Assembly: GCF_006345805.1 (NCBI RefSeq)
Contig: NC_043003.1
Span: forward strand, 19,592,001 to 19,656,000
Direction of reading: 5' to 3'
DNA from: Octopus sinensis
Taxonomy: Eukaryota
Length of the DNA stretch: 64,000 nt
Within the stretch, counting starts at the first letter, position 1. Every line of letters starts with the position of its first letter. Of the stretch, positions 22,128 through 35,642 are shown piece after piece. Both the position numbers and the translations under genes were made by a program. The notes under the pieces are model-generated. The model was not told where the DNA came from. It saw nothing but the letters and a program-made list of their open reading frames with translations, and did not search any database.

Positions 22128-22797
22128 ACTGGTTTTCATTATGGCAGAAGAACATTGGACATGACTTTCACTCAGGTTGATCTAACAAACTTTTGATACT
22201 CTGAATTGGACATCCCCATGGAAAAATATCCTGCAAACTTTGTATCAATAATTAAATTTTCCTCTGATGAAATGGAGACATTGGTCACTGTCCATCTAAA
22301 CATGGCAAGACTCATTCTTGTCAAACAAGGTGACAACAATTTTCCTTATATTTTGCTGCTGTTTGCTCTTTTGGATATATTTGAAGTGATTAGACCTTGG
22401 ATCCTCAACCAGGAATTGAAACCATAGTCTAAATGTTTCTGCAAACTTCTTTCCGTTGTTCTCTGGATTTGCATTCAGAAGTCATCAGTCAAATTCCTCG
22501 CCATCTTGGGTCAAGTCCAGTTCAACCTTGATAACCCATGAAATATTCATTATCACTTTGACATGTTTTAGTTATGGAATATTATTTGATTTGATTTTCC
22601 TAACTACACTTTAAAAAGATGAAAAAGAAAAATGGAGCAAAAAAAAAGTGGGGGGGACTGGATTGTTATAAAAACAAAATACTAAATAGAATTCTCCCCT
22701 CTTATTTGGCACCTGTAGCAGAGGTAGCATCTCTCTTGTTTTCTCTTATCATCAATGAAAACCACACTAGCCTTATTACTGTCTGCTTCCTTTCACA

Positions 22798-23030
22798 TTA
22801 ACCCTTTCGTTACTGTATTTATGTTGAGATGCTCTGTCTGTATTTCTTTCAATTAATTTTAAATATAACAAAGAATTTAGTAAAATAACTTGGTTATCAT
22901 TAAGCTAGTGTTAGGAACATAAACTGTGACTAAGGTTTGGTGGAAGATTTTAATTCAAAACTTATGAAAACAAGACATTTGTACTCAGAGCCAGAGCCGG
23001 TTTCAGCTGGTTTGGTAACAAAAGGGTTAA
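22798..23030. mobile_element. TTAA-flanked MITE
   Basis: ttaaccctttcgttac / gtaacaaaagggttaa; inverted copy at 37662-37890. Confidence 0.88.
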
Positions 23031-23679
23031 CCAAGTCTTCGACATCTACAATGATAGAACTTCTCTAAACAGTTGTAATTTATTTCCAGCTTGAAGAAGT
23101 TATGAATAAAATTGTTAATAGTTGAATAAAAGTTATATTAACTATGATCTATTTCTGTCGTTTATTCCATGACCTATAAATTAACCAACATGCAGCCTTA
23201 TTGACTTACTAAACCTCAACATCCTAATAACACAAATATCATTTATACCTTCAATTCAGCTATTACATTTGATGCAACCCAATTAATAAGTTTAATTTAC
23301 TCATTACATATGTGAAGTAACGATCTTCTGGTCATCTCACAATTTGTGATGGCTTATACCAAAGTAGAAGTTTTAGAATCCTTTATTCATGATCCCTTTT
23401 ATGCAAATGGCTTCAGTTTAGTGGCACATATTCTTTAAGACATGCAAATTCTCACATGTATCATATTTTTGCATCTTAGAAGGTGTTTGGGTTTAGCACC
23501 AGGCTGGACAACGCCATTGTAATGTTCCAGCCTTCTTTAGAAGTCACATAAATGAAACTCTCTATTTTAGTTGAAGGAATACAAATGTAAGTAGTAGACA
23601 TAGCTGAACAGCATATTCTGTCTTTCTTGGCTATTTGGATGGCATGAGTTGAGAAAGAGCAGGGAGAAAGAGAGGCATA

Positions 23680-23683
<4 letters not shown>

Positions 23684-23728
<45 letters not shown>

Positions 23729-23745
23729 CAGAGAGAAAGAAAGAG
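23684..23745. repeat. (GA)n microsatellite
   Basis: Direct reading. Confidence 0.95.
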
Positions 23746-24226
23746 CTAGATGTATGAACAATGTGAAGTTGCTGACAGGAAGTGCATCTGGGTGTAGAAA
23801 ATCTACCTCAGCAAATTTCATCTGTCCCATGTAAGCATGGAAAAGTAAATATTAAAACAATGGACTATATATATATACTAGGTATGGATGATGAGTTCAG
23901 TAAAAATTTAGATTCAGATGAATATGGTACTTAAGTTGAAGAACCAGAATTTAGTATCCATAAAATTTCAAAATAGGGTGATAAAAATCAAAATAAGCAA
24001 TAGTTGCAACTATGATGTTGGTAAAACATGTTCTTTGTCTATCTTCTCAACCTCTTGGTGATTGTGGGTAAAATTATACTAATGTGTCCTTCTAATTTAA
24101 TTAAATTCTATATCTTTGTGCAGCTGAAGATTGCTCTACGTTTTAAATTGATGTAATAAAATGATTGCATTGTCCTATTAAATGGAGTCGCATGAAACAA
24201 TCGTACTATCTGGATATCCCTTTTGT

Positions 24227-24728
24227 AATAAAAAAAATGTATGCACATATACGCAGCGCTAAGCGTGTGGCAAGCTTTCTACGGCCGGATGCCCTTCCTG
24301 ACACCAACCCCCACCTGTTGCCAAGCGAGGTAGTTTTTCCCTCTCTCTCTTTGAGAGAGGCACAAGCACCTACACGTACATGTACACACACGGCAGTAAC
24401 TTCCGCCTGCCGAATTCAATCACAAAGCTCCGGTCAGCTCGGGGCTATAGTGGAAGACACCTACCCAAAGTGCCACGCAGTGGGACTGAACCCGAAACCA
24501 TGTAGCTAGGAAGCAAGCTCCCTAACCATACAGCCATGCCCGCGCCTACGATTTGGAGGGACAATTAAGTATATTTAAATGCACGCGCCATGACAGCTTA
24601 TTGGCTGACAAGATACGTGAAATATAAATTATGAATGTATATACACAATTATGAGCATAAACGCGTATGAATAAATATGCATACGCGTATAAATAAATAT
24701 ACACACTTGTGTCTAAATGTATTCGTGT
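24227..24728 (+). repeat. Copy 1 of a ~480-500-bp direct duplication
   Basis: About 95% identical by eye to 28170-28642, including shared private SINE mutations. Confidence 0.92.
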
Positions 24729-24771
24729 ATATTCACACACACGTGTGTGTGTGTATAAATATACACACACA

Positions 24772-24802
<31 letters not shown>

Positions 24803-24838
24803 TCACACACGTGTATGTGTGTATATATATATACACCT

Positions 24839-24979
24839 ATACAAAATAAGAAAATGGAGGAATAATTTCCTTTCAATCATCAACTTACAGATAATACCAA
24901 TTCATATAATTTATCAATTGGTATTATCTGTAAGTTGATGATTGAAAGGAATCTATTCCTCCATTTTCTTATTTTGTAT
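24839..24979. repeat. 141-bp palindrome (64-bp arms, 2 mismatches, 13-nt loop)
   Basis: Arms 24839-24902 and 24916-24979. Confidence 0.95.
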
Positions 24980-25119
24980 TATGAATTTGAGGTAAAACAT
25001 TTTACCTTCGCCCATCTAATACAATAAATGAACTAATTGCATTGCAATCGTAAGCATTTATGAATTTGCCTTTTGGGTACTTCACTGGCAGTATATTGGA
25101 TAACTGATATCCCATAGTG

Positions 25120-25510
<391 letters not shown>

Positions 25511-25911
25511 ATACTATTTATCAGAAGCAACAGAAACCAAGGACTGAGTGTTTCGTGCAGTTCTGGAACAAATTATAAAAACAATTACCATGTCATGTAG
25601 GTAATTCATGTTTTTCAAATAATTTCCCTGATATGTCGTTCAGTGTATAAATACATAAACAAACACGGGAAATTTTTATGGAATATGCTCACAAAACATA
25701 CATTCCTAGATGAAATGGTTGTCTATCTTTATTGTTGTAGAAGAAGGAAGGTAAAACAAAAATGCAACAATTTTGCACGCACGCACTCGTATCTCGTATA
25801 TACATGTACATACACATAAATATGAGTGCGTGCGCGCACAGGCATATAATTATCTTTTACTTGTTACAGTCATTAGGCTGTGGCCACCCTGGGACACTGC
25901 CTTATATGTAT

Positions 25912-26288
25912 ACTAGCAGTATCGCCTGGCGTTGCTCGGGTTTGTAAGGGAAATAACTATATAAGCATTTTTAGAGAGTTATAGCCAAAATATAGCAAAA
26001 AAATGATGGTAATTCTTTTAAAAAATCGTTGACTCATTGTAGACATTTTTAGAGAGTTACTTCCCTTATATAATAGCGAAAAATGCATTAAAATGGAAAA
26101 AAATTATGGTAAATTTTTTTTTAAATCGTAGACTCATCGTAGACGCGCGCTAATACCCAGAAGGGCTCGATATGAATTACGACTATAAGATACCCGAATT
26201 TGGTTAAACTGCACCGCAAAATGTGGGAGTAGTTAGGAATCTAAATCGTAGGAGACAGACATACAACTTCACTTTTATATATAAAGAT
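25912..26288 (+). mobile_element. Non-autonomous Helitron/Helentron-like element
   Basis: Starts actagcagtatcgcctggcgttgctcggg (subterminal hairpin), has acagacatac near the end, terminates ttttatatataaagat; no TIRs. Confidence 0.6.
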
Positions 26289-27091
26289 ATAACGTCCTGT
26301 AACTAATTATTTATATATGTATTAGTTACAAGACGTTTTGATAATTGATACAGTGTAAAAATGATATAACTGTGGACTCATGTCTATGCCACTACAGGTG
26401 GAACTTCAAAGTTACTGTCAATGACATTAATTATGTGTGTGTATGTGACCGTGTACGTATGTGCATGTGTATCTGCTGGAGTTGGCGTAAAATGAGAGGG
26501 AATATGATAGAAGGAAACACAAAGCGATAGAGGACACCGACTCATTTTCCGTATATGCAAGGCTTTAACCAGCTTTAGGCAGTCGCAGTAATTTGTACTA
26601 AATTTGTGTCCTAGAAAAAATTTATTGACTCTTCAATGTCGTTTAAGTCTAAGAGGCTTTTGTGTTGGAATTCATCGCTAGCTTTCTGATAAATTTGAAT
26701 TTTTTCAGGGTATAAATTTTGTACTTCCGCACCAATTGTCTTAAGTTAGCGATGCAAATTCAGTATTATGCACACACACACGCCACAAAAAGAGTAAAGA
26801 AAACGATATATTTCAACATGTTGATATAAAAGGCAAATAACGAATCACGATATAAATAACCCATGAAGTTATTGTCGTCATGGGTCCGAGCCATTTGAAT
26901 TAATGTTGTAAATGAGGAATTTTGATCACTAATTTTCGCTATTTAAACGGTAGTATTATTAATCTAGTACTTTTAAAACATATATGTACATTTTAGGTGG
27001 TTCCGCGGGTAAAATATTCACTGTGGTGGTAGGTATTATAATAAACTATTGTGAACAAAAGGGCTTGATACTATGATAAAATACACATCAG

Positions 27092-27507
27092 GGATCTTTT
27101 CGGTTTGAACGGCAGTTTTTAAAAATAATTACCACGTAACTAAACACTTTTGAACTTTGTATACTGGTAAAATGTGTTTATAAAACATCTTTTTCTATTG
27201 GCTTTCTTGAGGAAATTCTATTGTTTGTAAGATATATATATATTTTTTTTCAATTTCTGCAATTTCAACCAATCAATGACGTCTATTGAGGTGAAAACAT
27301 TCTGTGCCGTATGAATATGTCCCTCGTTTAAGAAACAGATTGGGTTTATTTACATTTGTGAAGAAAAAAAAGATACCCTTCTCCCCACCCCTAACCCTAA
27401 CCCTAAAACAGATTGAAATGCAATAGATCGATACTAGGGTCATAATTATGGGTGACAATTTCATATGACATCGCTAGAAAAAACTGCCGTTCAAACCGAA
27501 AAGATCC
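27092..27507. mobile_element. MITE with perfect 29-bp TIRs and internal (CCCTAA)3
   Basis: ggatcttttcggtttgaacggcagttttt (27092-27120) / aaaaactgccgttcaaaccgaaaagatcc (27479-27507). Confidence 0.9.
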
Positions 27508-28169
27508 AAATACACGTTTTCTGATGTGCATTTTATTATTGCATTAAGTTAGGAAAACTTTAAAGTGATTCTTGTACAGAATCATGGCTCATCTGACGGT
27601 TTCGCTTGAATTTCTCTTGAATTCGACTTTTTTAAAATTTTTGATTGTTTAGTAATTGTTTCGGCATAATAATAGGATCTTTGGTCAAAGTGAAAAGATC
27701 CTAATAATGATCATGAAATTATTGTATACAGTGCTCAGGTGCACCACAAAGCAGTTGTTGCTCTACTCCGTGTTTGTTACATCGCAACATTCTGAAAAAG
27801 GAATTTTTGTAAATGAAACTGTGCAGAAATACGTGGTTTCATGGATGTAAATTACGATTCTGCTGATTTCCTCTACAAAATCGTGACAACTGCGATCCGT
27901 CTGAGAAATGAACCCCGCGATGTGGGGTGACCAGTGCAGCGAGTGTCAACGCCTTTGCAATGATATTCGCAAGGAGTGACTGAACACGCCATTTGGTCTG
28001 GAGTGTATAACGTATGACACAACTTTTGTATGTATTACGGTGTCAAAATTAGATACTACATTACCCCCGTAAAAATGTCATTTAAAGCAAGTAAAATAAT
28101 TATCAAAATAAACGGTAACTTTTGCACATATACAATAAAAAAAATAAATAGTAACTTTTGCACATATGC

Positions 28170-28642
28170 AATAAAAAAATGTATGCACATATACGCAGCG
28201 CTATGCGTGTGGCAAGTTTCTACGGCCGGATGCCCTTCCTGACGCCAACCCCCACCTGTTGCCAAGCGAGGTAGTTTTTCCCTCTCTCTCTTTGGGAGAG
28301 GCACAAGCACCTACACGTACATGTACACACACGGCAGTAACTTCCACCTACCGAATTCAATCACAAAGCTCCGGTCAGCTCGGGGCTATAGTGAAAGACA
28401 CCTACCCAAAGTGCCACGTAGTGGGACTGAACCCGAAACCATGTAGCTAGAAAGCAAGCTCCCTAACCACACAGCCATGCCCACGCCTACGATTTGGAGG
28501 GACAATTAAGTATATTTAAATGCACGCGCCATGATAGCTTATTGGCTAACTATATACGTGAAATATAAATTATGAATGTATAAGCATAAACGCGTATAAA
28601 TAAATATACATAATACATACTTGTGTCTAAATGTATTCGTGT
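28170..28642 (+). repeat. Copy 2 of the direct duplication
   Basis: See 24227-24728. Confidence 0.92.
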
Positions 28643-28649
28643 GTACACG

Positions 28650-28650
28650 A

Positions 28651-28683
<33 letters not shown>

Positions 28684-28808
28684 TATATACATGTGCATGT
28701 GTGTGTATATATATATATATATAATATATGTATGTATGTATATATATATATACACACCTATATATGTATGTATGTATGTATGTATATATATATATATATA
28801 TTTACACT

Positions 28809-28856
<48 letters not shown>

Positions 28857-28870
28857 ATATATATATAGAT
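28650..28870. repeat. (TA)n/(TATG)n microsatellite
   Basis: Direct reading. Confidence 0.95.
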
Positions 28871-30959
28871 ATACATTTATAAATACATTTTTTTTTTTTC
28901 ATTAATCAGCTGCTACGAAAATTAGGCTACTGATATTGTCGATTAGTTAGTGAAATGTTATCACTTAGTTTCTGCTATCTTATCGGTAATGTCTTTATGA
29001 ACATTCTAATGTAATTGTATTTTTGTTAAATGTCCACACATTTCCTCATTTATTACATCTAACTACACACGAAATAGCGCAGAAAAAATACAACACAGTA
29101 AGTTGTATACATATATACCTCTACTCTTGATTATCTTTAGGTTGATCAGATTGAATGTTTTACACACTTGGTACGATAGGAAAACTTTGAAGTAGTTTAC
29201 AAAGCTGTGAAGTAACTTACTTTTGTCGTTATATACCTCTACTCTTGATTAGTATCTGGTTCATTAATTATGTTTTTGGCATACTAAACAAGTGTGTCTT
29301 CCACTCCACCGACATTGTTTCCTCATAACTTAAAACAAAAATGGATATATTTTTAAATGAAATCTTCTACAAAGACCTTTCAAATGGTGTTAAGATTCCG
29401 ATTTATAAAAACAAAAGTCGGAAGTGGCAGGCATACTAGTTGTAGATATGTCGTAGTTTCAAACATTAAAAAAAATATATATATATATAACATATAAAAG
29501 CAATGCTGTTTAATAAGTTCTTTGTACTATTACGAACTCGTTACTTTTATATTTTGCAATTATTTTTACTACTGTTTCCTTACATTTACCCATTTCTGTT
29601 CCTGAAACAAACACTTCTCAAATTTCAGTCTTTCAGCTCGGGTAGAGAGATAATAATTAGGGAGGTGTACTTGCCAGGCAAGGGTGTTGATCTGAGAATG
29701 CGTGTTGAACCTAAAACGATTGCTTCAAATGTTAGCAATCAGGTCGCAGTTTCGAGCAACGAATAATTAGTAGTATCTAATTTTGACACCGTAATACATA
29801 CAATAAATGTTTAAATGAAGTTAAAACACTGTGTTTCTATCCCACCTCGCCATCGTGAAGATATAACTATAAACTTAACGATTTTTCTCTTTTCTGTTTG
29901 TTATCCCAGCAATATTTAATTGTAAGTTTTAAAATATTAGCTTATGTAATAGTTGCCTCTTCCTCGTAGTTAATTAACAACCTTGTTAATTACACAAACC
30001 GTTTAATTCAAAAACTTGCTACATATCCAAAAGTGCCCCACTGTCACGTGTGCGTACAATTTAACGAATATGTGAAAATTAAATAATTTAAAAACAATTT
30101 ATTAATACAAAAATACTATTTATGATTCTGATTAGGTATACTACATTATCTCAGCACCTGAGCTCTCTATACAACAATTTCTTTCACCTATTTTTTTTCT
30201 GGTGAAGTTCAAAATAAGCTCCCTTCATAACCTTTTTCTCGAAAATTCTCTCAAGAGTTTCAGAACAAGTACCCTCCCATTTTGTATTTTCGATTTCGAA
30301 AATTTCGAAATTTTTCTAATTTAAGCATCAAAGCTTAAGCTTCAACAAAAATAAAACTTGTAAAATTTCACTTTGTTCATCTTTTGTTCTCCCCTCTCAT
30401 GTATATCGAGATACACAACCAGCCGATTACTTAATTTTCTATTTCGTTTTCCTCGAGAATTTTCTGATTTGTTTATAAATTTTAAAAAAATTTGCAGGTT
30501 CAAATTATTAATCACACACCTCCAATAAAATTCCATTAAATATCTTCACCCTTCTTGTTATAAAAAGCAGTGTGTATGTATACACGTGTTATATTTATCG
30601 TCCTTAATAGAAATGGTTGTGACAGGGTCATTTCAAATGTTGGCAAACATTCAAATGAGCTTTTTGAAATGTATATTTAATCTGTTAGGAAGAATCACAG
30701 GTGTTTACACGCGTGAAGAAACATTTACACAGTTTTAGAAAGTTTTTATTAACCCATGACTACAAAATACTGTTTATATATAGTTAGGGTAGTTTAAAAA
30801 TTTGAATTAGATCGGTATACATTCGCCACCACTAGCCGTCATTATTTTATAATGATGGAAGATTTAGCAGTTTTACGAAAAGGCAGAGCTTAAAAATTGA
30901 ATTTGTGATTTTTGTTTGTTTGTTTCCACATTCGTATTTTTCGTTATTTATTTATTTTA

Positions 30960-31070
30960 TTTTGAAGCCACGGAATTCTGGTGGATGTACACCATTTAAC
31001 CGGCCGTGTTTGGGAGTTTCTTGGGATTTCTGTTTCAATATGGAAGACTGATTCTGTAGTAATAAAATCA
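30960..31070 (+). promoter_or_regulatory. Candidate non-coding first exon/TSS region of ZNF-B
   Basis: By-eye similarity to 2455-2560 (gaattct..gg.tgt.c; ggcc..tttg..tt.ggattt). Confidence 0.3.
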
Positions 31071-31689
31071 AAATTTCGTTTTTTTTTTTTTTTATTTGCC
31101 CCTCCCTCTACCTTTCATTTTAAAACTTTTTCGACTATTTTTATTGGAAGTTCAGACTTTACGATTCTACAAAATGTATGTTTTCAAAATTTCAAAATAA
31201 TTTTCTAAGTCGAAAATTATAAAAAAAAAAGGGAGTTACAGATAATTTCGCGCTTTCATGCGACAAACTCTGGGTTTCGTAATATCTGTATGTGTACGTC
31301 AGGACAATGATATTGCAAATTTTATTTTACATATAAATTATGAAAGTTTTTTTTCGTTTTGTTTGTAAAGGCGAAGAATGAAACAGCTTGCATTATTTAG
31401 CAGAAGCATATATTATATACTATATAGAAAAGCTACACAGAAACATGTTACAAGTTTTATTTTACATATTTTAAAAATCATTGGAGATAAATTTATGCAA
31501 TATGTTGTTGAAAAACCATCTGTGTAGATACAAAACTTAATCAGTGTCGGACTATTTCAGCTCGCTGCTTGATTCATATTAATATTTAAGCTGGCTCCTA
31601 ATTCGCCCCTTGGAAGATTCCACGCTGTTTGTACAAATTCCACAAAATAACGAAAATGGCTAATCGTTCTTTCCAAGCAACAACTCAAT

Positions 31690-32230
31690 ATTTACATTCT
31701 AAGAGGACGTTACTGGGCCAGAAGAGGCAGGCACGATACAGGTGGTGGAAGTAGGAGAGATGGGTGAATTAAGAGTGGAGGTGGCATGAAACCAGCCACC
31801 TCCAAGCAGCAGAGCAATTGTAGTAGCTGTAGAAAAAAAAAAAAAAAAAGTATATCTTTGGTCTAGAGGTTGGTGAATGACTTCATGCCAATCAGTTCCT
31901 TTGGTGGGGAGAGAGGTATGATCTACAATGTATGTGTAGTGGCAACACAGTCTCCGATGTAGGGACAGTACTCAATTGTGGGGTCTCACTTGAGATATGT
32001 AAAAGGGTAGTAATGTTTAGAGGCAAAGGTATTTTTTAGGCTCTGCAAAAGGCCAGTCTCTGCTATGTTGAGGGTGTGTTCATTTGGAAAGATTTTCATT
32101 GATGGCAGTGAAAGCACTTGTAGAAATACTGGGGCTCCTACTTTAATGCTTTTCATGTTTAGCAGTGAGTGGAATATAGTATTGTTTTATTTATGTGTTG
32201 TAATTTTAAAAAGATTTTTGTGAAGAAGAC
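31690..32230 (-). mobile_element. Decayed CR1/L2-type LINE RT C-terminal fragment
   Basis: Minus strand LPFYISQVRP(frameshift)TIEYCPYIGDC resembles LYKxQVRPxMEYCSxIW; YSYYNCS downstream. Confidence 0.55.
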
Positions 32231-32941
32231 TGAGTAAATGTCCATCAATGAGAATGAAAACCACTTGCCAATTTATTCTGATGATGGCTCCATAACTCAG
32301 GGAGGTCAGTGACTTCAAGTACCTCAGGCCTTATGTTGTTCACAGTAAGAAAGGCTTCCTGACACACTAAAGACAATCCTATGTTACATGTAACAAGCTT
32401 CAAAACATCTGGCAATCGAGCATTTCAAAGTCAACAATGTTGGCCTTCTCTCTGGGCATTTGTAGAGAGTATTCTTTTCTCTGGAGTTGAAACGAGGATT
32501 GTGAAGGAGCAGCTTCAAGACTGCCTTGATGGTACATATGCCAAGCTTTTTATTGCTCAGAGCATCTTATTGCATGACCTTCAGACCAATGAGAAGGTTT
32601 ATGGATACATTCTACTCAGCTCTAGTATTATTTAATGTAGAGTAGGCTTTGTTTGCCACTGCTATTGTGCTGATCACTTGACCATATCAGATGTTATTTG
32701 TATGGTTCTGCACGATTATAAAGGATGAAAGCCATTCAACTGTATTGTTGCTGTTGGCAGAGACATGCAGTATGAAACTGAAAGCCTACAAAAGCTAACG
32801 TGGGACAGAATTTTGATGTGACAGCCATTTGAAGTGTTTTTGTATTATAGAAAGATGTGACTGGTAAAACTCTTGGATAATTCTTTTGATATTTCTGCTT
32901 ATGGAGTCAGTGCAGTTATAATGTAAGATAAGGCTAACTCT

Positions 32942-33170
32942 TTAACCCTTTAGCATTTAAACCAGCCATATCCGGCCAAAAGTATTCTGCCTGTTTTATG
33001 GTCAAACTGGCCAGATCTGGTCTCTCACACCAACCCTACAATATCGTTTTAAAAATTAACAGTTACCTCATCAAAATTTCATAGCTACAAGATAATGCAT
33101 GATTAGTTCAAAACAATGTGGATTAAAAAGCATTAATTTTGGCACAATAATGCGAACACTAAAGGGTTAA
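32942..33170. mobile_element. TTAA-flanked MITE, family Y
   Basis: ttaaccctttagc / cactaaagggttaa; second copy at 34439-34648. Confidence 0.85.
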
Positions 33171-34438
33171 GGAGAATGGTATGGAATAAATGCTGTTACT
33201 GGTGATGGCATATAGGTTGTTAATGTATATGGGAGAAGGGAAGAAAACCAAACTATGGAGAACATATAATTTTGGTAGTGTTGGTCAGAGAGAACTCCAA
33301 TCATGCATGCTATTGTTGCACTGATCCAGATAAGATGAGATACTGATAAATCTCTCAATTTTGCATGCTATACATGAATGTTTGCATCAGATTTTTTGAG
33401 GGCAAGGACTCATAGACAAGTAATGTAGACGAGTAGATGTCTGGTGAATTTGGTTTTGCAGAAACCATACTGGTGGTAATTTAAGAGGATGAGATAATTA
33501 ACATTTTGGAGAATGTGGCTGTTAATGATTGTCTCCTTCATCATTGAGATATTGCAAGTAGCTATTACAACAATATTTGCTAGGGTCAGGAAAGGTACTC
33601 TTCTTAAAGAGGAACATACTGTAACATGGGTTCCAAAGATCTAGATGGGTCCCGAAAGAAGAGATTGAAGAGTTTGGTGAGGATAAGAGTTCACTTTTGG
33701 GCACATAGTTTGGAGGAGGTGTCAAGGCAGTGGTCTGTTACTTTGATGCGAGGTACTTCCACCCTTGGTATGTATGTCATGTAGTGAGCCTCATAGGATA
33801 GAAAGGGATAGTTTAGAAGATATATTCCAGTGTGTACAGCATGGTGTTGGATGCTATGTGGACAGCAAATATGCAGGCTTTCTCTACGAGAATTACTTAT
33901 AGAACCTTCATAGGTGAGATGTGGAGGGATATAAAGAGAATTCTGCCAAGTTAATAGAAATACTTTTTGGTCAAGGATTAAAAGTTTTGGTTGGAGAGAG
34001 CCTATAGGGTGTGTGATGCATGGAAGCAAGAAAGTTCTGCTGTGTTGTGTGCATATGGGTGATGCTTGTGTGTGACATTTCAAAAAGTAGAAAACTAATG
34101 ACACATGCATAGGAGGGTGTGTGTGTGTGTGATGAGAGTAAGAAAAGTAAAAAGTATCATTAATGTACAGGAGGAAGAGTTTTTGTGTATGTCAGATTTG
34201 ATGAAATGTAAGTTTGAGTGAGAGATCAAATAGCACTGTGTGATAGAGCAGGAAATTTCCATTCTAAGAGAAATGGAATCAATAAGCATGCAACTTTAGA
34301 TATTCTGATGTCAGAGTTGACCAATTGTTGATGTGAAAGGCAACTGTATTGCTCAAAATAAGGGCAGCCATTTGTGTATTAGAGAGTGTTAGGTTTGGCT
34401 CTACAGAAACTGTACATGTGGTCACTGAACTTAAGAGC

Positions 34439-34648
34439 TTAACCTTTTAGCATTTAAACCAGCCATATCTATCTCAGATATTATACCAGTTTTATGTTCA
34501 AACTGGCCAGATCTGGTCTTTCACACCTACCCCACAATGTCATGGTAAAAATAATCCCATCATTGAAATCTTGAAGCTATGAGATAATGCATGATTAATT
34601 CATATAAGCATTACTTTTGTCATCGTAATTTGAATCCTAGAGGATTAA
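34439..34648. mobile_element. TTAA-flanked MITE, family Y (older copy)
   Basis: ttaaccttttagcatttaaaccagccatatc...tagaggattaa. Confidence 0.8.
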
Positions 34649-35244
34649 GGTAATAAAATTAGGTGGATTTACAACTGTTGCCATTAATCAGTTGAGAGAA
34701 AGGATGAACTTAGTAAGGGCCAGAGATGAGCAACAGAGCAGATTGTATCATGACAAGTCAAAGTTTGTGTAATCTAACAAGTTCTTTGTATTTGGTGTAT
34801 CTGGTAGTGAGACACTGGCCTTGGTGTGTTTACATTCCCATAACTTAGTGGTTTAGCAAAGAAACTAATAGAATATGTGCTAGGTTTAAAAAATAACTCC
34901 TGTGGTTGAATTGTCCGACTAAAACCCTACAAGGTGGTGCTCCAGCATAGCTGCAGTCAAATGACCAAAATAAATACACACATATAAACTCATACACACA
35001 ATGGGCTTCCACTCAGTTTCTTGCTATCAGATTCACTCAAAGGCATTGGTTGGCCCAGGGCTGCTGTAGGGGACACTTGCCCAAGTGTCACAATCTTATT
35101 GACATGTAAGGTAGATTGATAAAGAATTGAATTAAACCAAAAGGCAGGATGCCTTGAATCGTTATTTACTACAAGAATGTGTGATTTTACTGGGTGTCTG
35201 TAGCCAATGATGAAGTTAAAGTTAGGCTTGAGCTCTCTATCATC

Positions 35245-35415
35245 ATCATCATTTAGTGTCCATTATCTATGCTGGCATGGGTTGGACAGTTTGACTGGCA
35301 CTGGTAAGCTGGAGTGCTATACCAGACTTTTGGTTTGGTGTCTATGGCTGGATTCTTTCTTCATGCCAGCTACTCTAAGAGTGTAGTGAGTGCCTTTTGT
35401 GTACTGCTGGCATGG
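35245..35415 (-). mobile_element. Diverged family-C element just upstream of the ZNF-B acceptor
   Basis: catcatcatcatttagtgtcc...gctggcatgggttggacag. Confidence 0.7.
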
Positions 35416-35454
35416 ATGCCTTTTGTGTATATATTCACATTCCATTGCTCTTTA

Positions 35455-35481
35455 TAATTTTATACTTTTCTATTATTTCAG
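35455..35481 (+). promoter_or_regulatory. Putative 3' splice site before the ZNF-B coding exon
   Basis: tatacttttctattatttcAG (AG 35480-35481), followed by sequence homologous to the ZNF-A 5' UTR. Confidence 0.65.
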
Positions 35482-35642
35482 GGAATCTCTCGCGAATGGT
35501 CATGGAATGAAAAGAGGTTAGATGTGGTTGGAGGATGATTTCATCAAAAAGACATGTGACATCAATGGTATAATCTTGAAGTAACTTCCAAAATTATTAA
35601 GAAAAGATTTACGTTTATAGTTTCTGACTGGCAGACAACACT

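Larger units (their letters stand above)
20330..22560 (+). mobile_element. Decayed RTE-clade LINE reverse transcriptase, split by three later insertions
   Basis: KAISKLNQSKAPSEDGI...LYKGKSDKIQCGSYRGIALLLVVGKL (20930-21175); LPESQCSF (21875-21900); GRRTLDMTFTQVDLT...PANFVSIIK..DEM...VKQG (22140-22330). Confidence 0.8.

Noticed and set aside
27389-27406. Interstitial telomere or chromosome-fusion scar
   Set aside because: Only three units, lying inside a TIR-bounded MITE.
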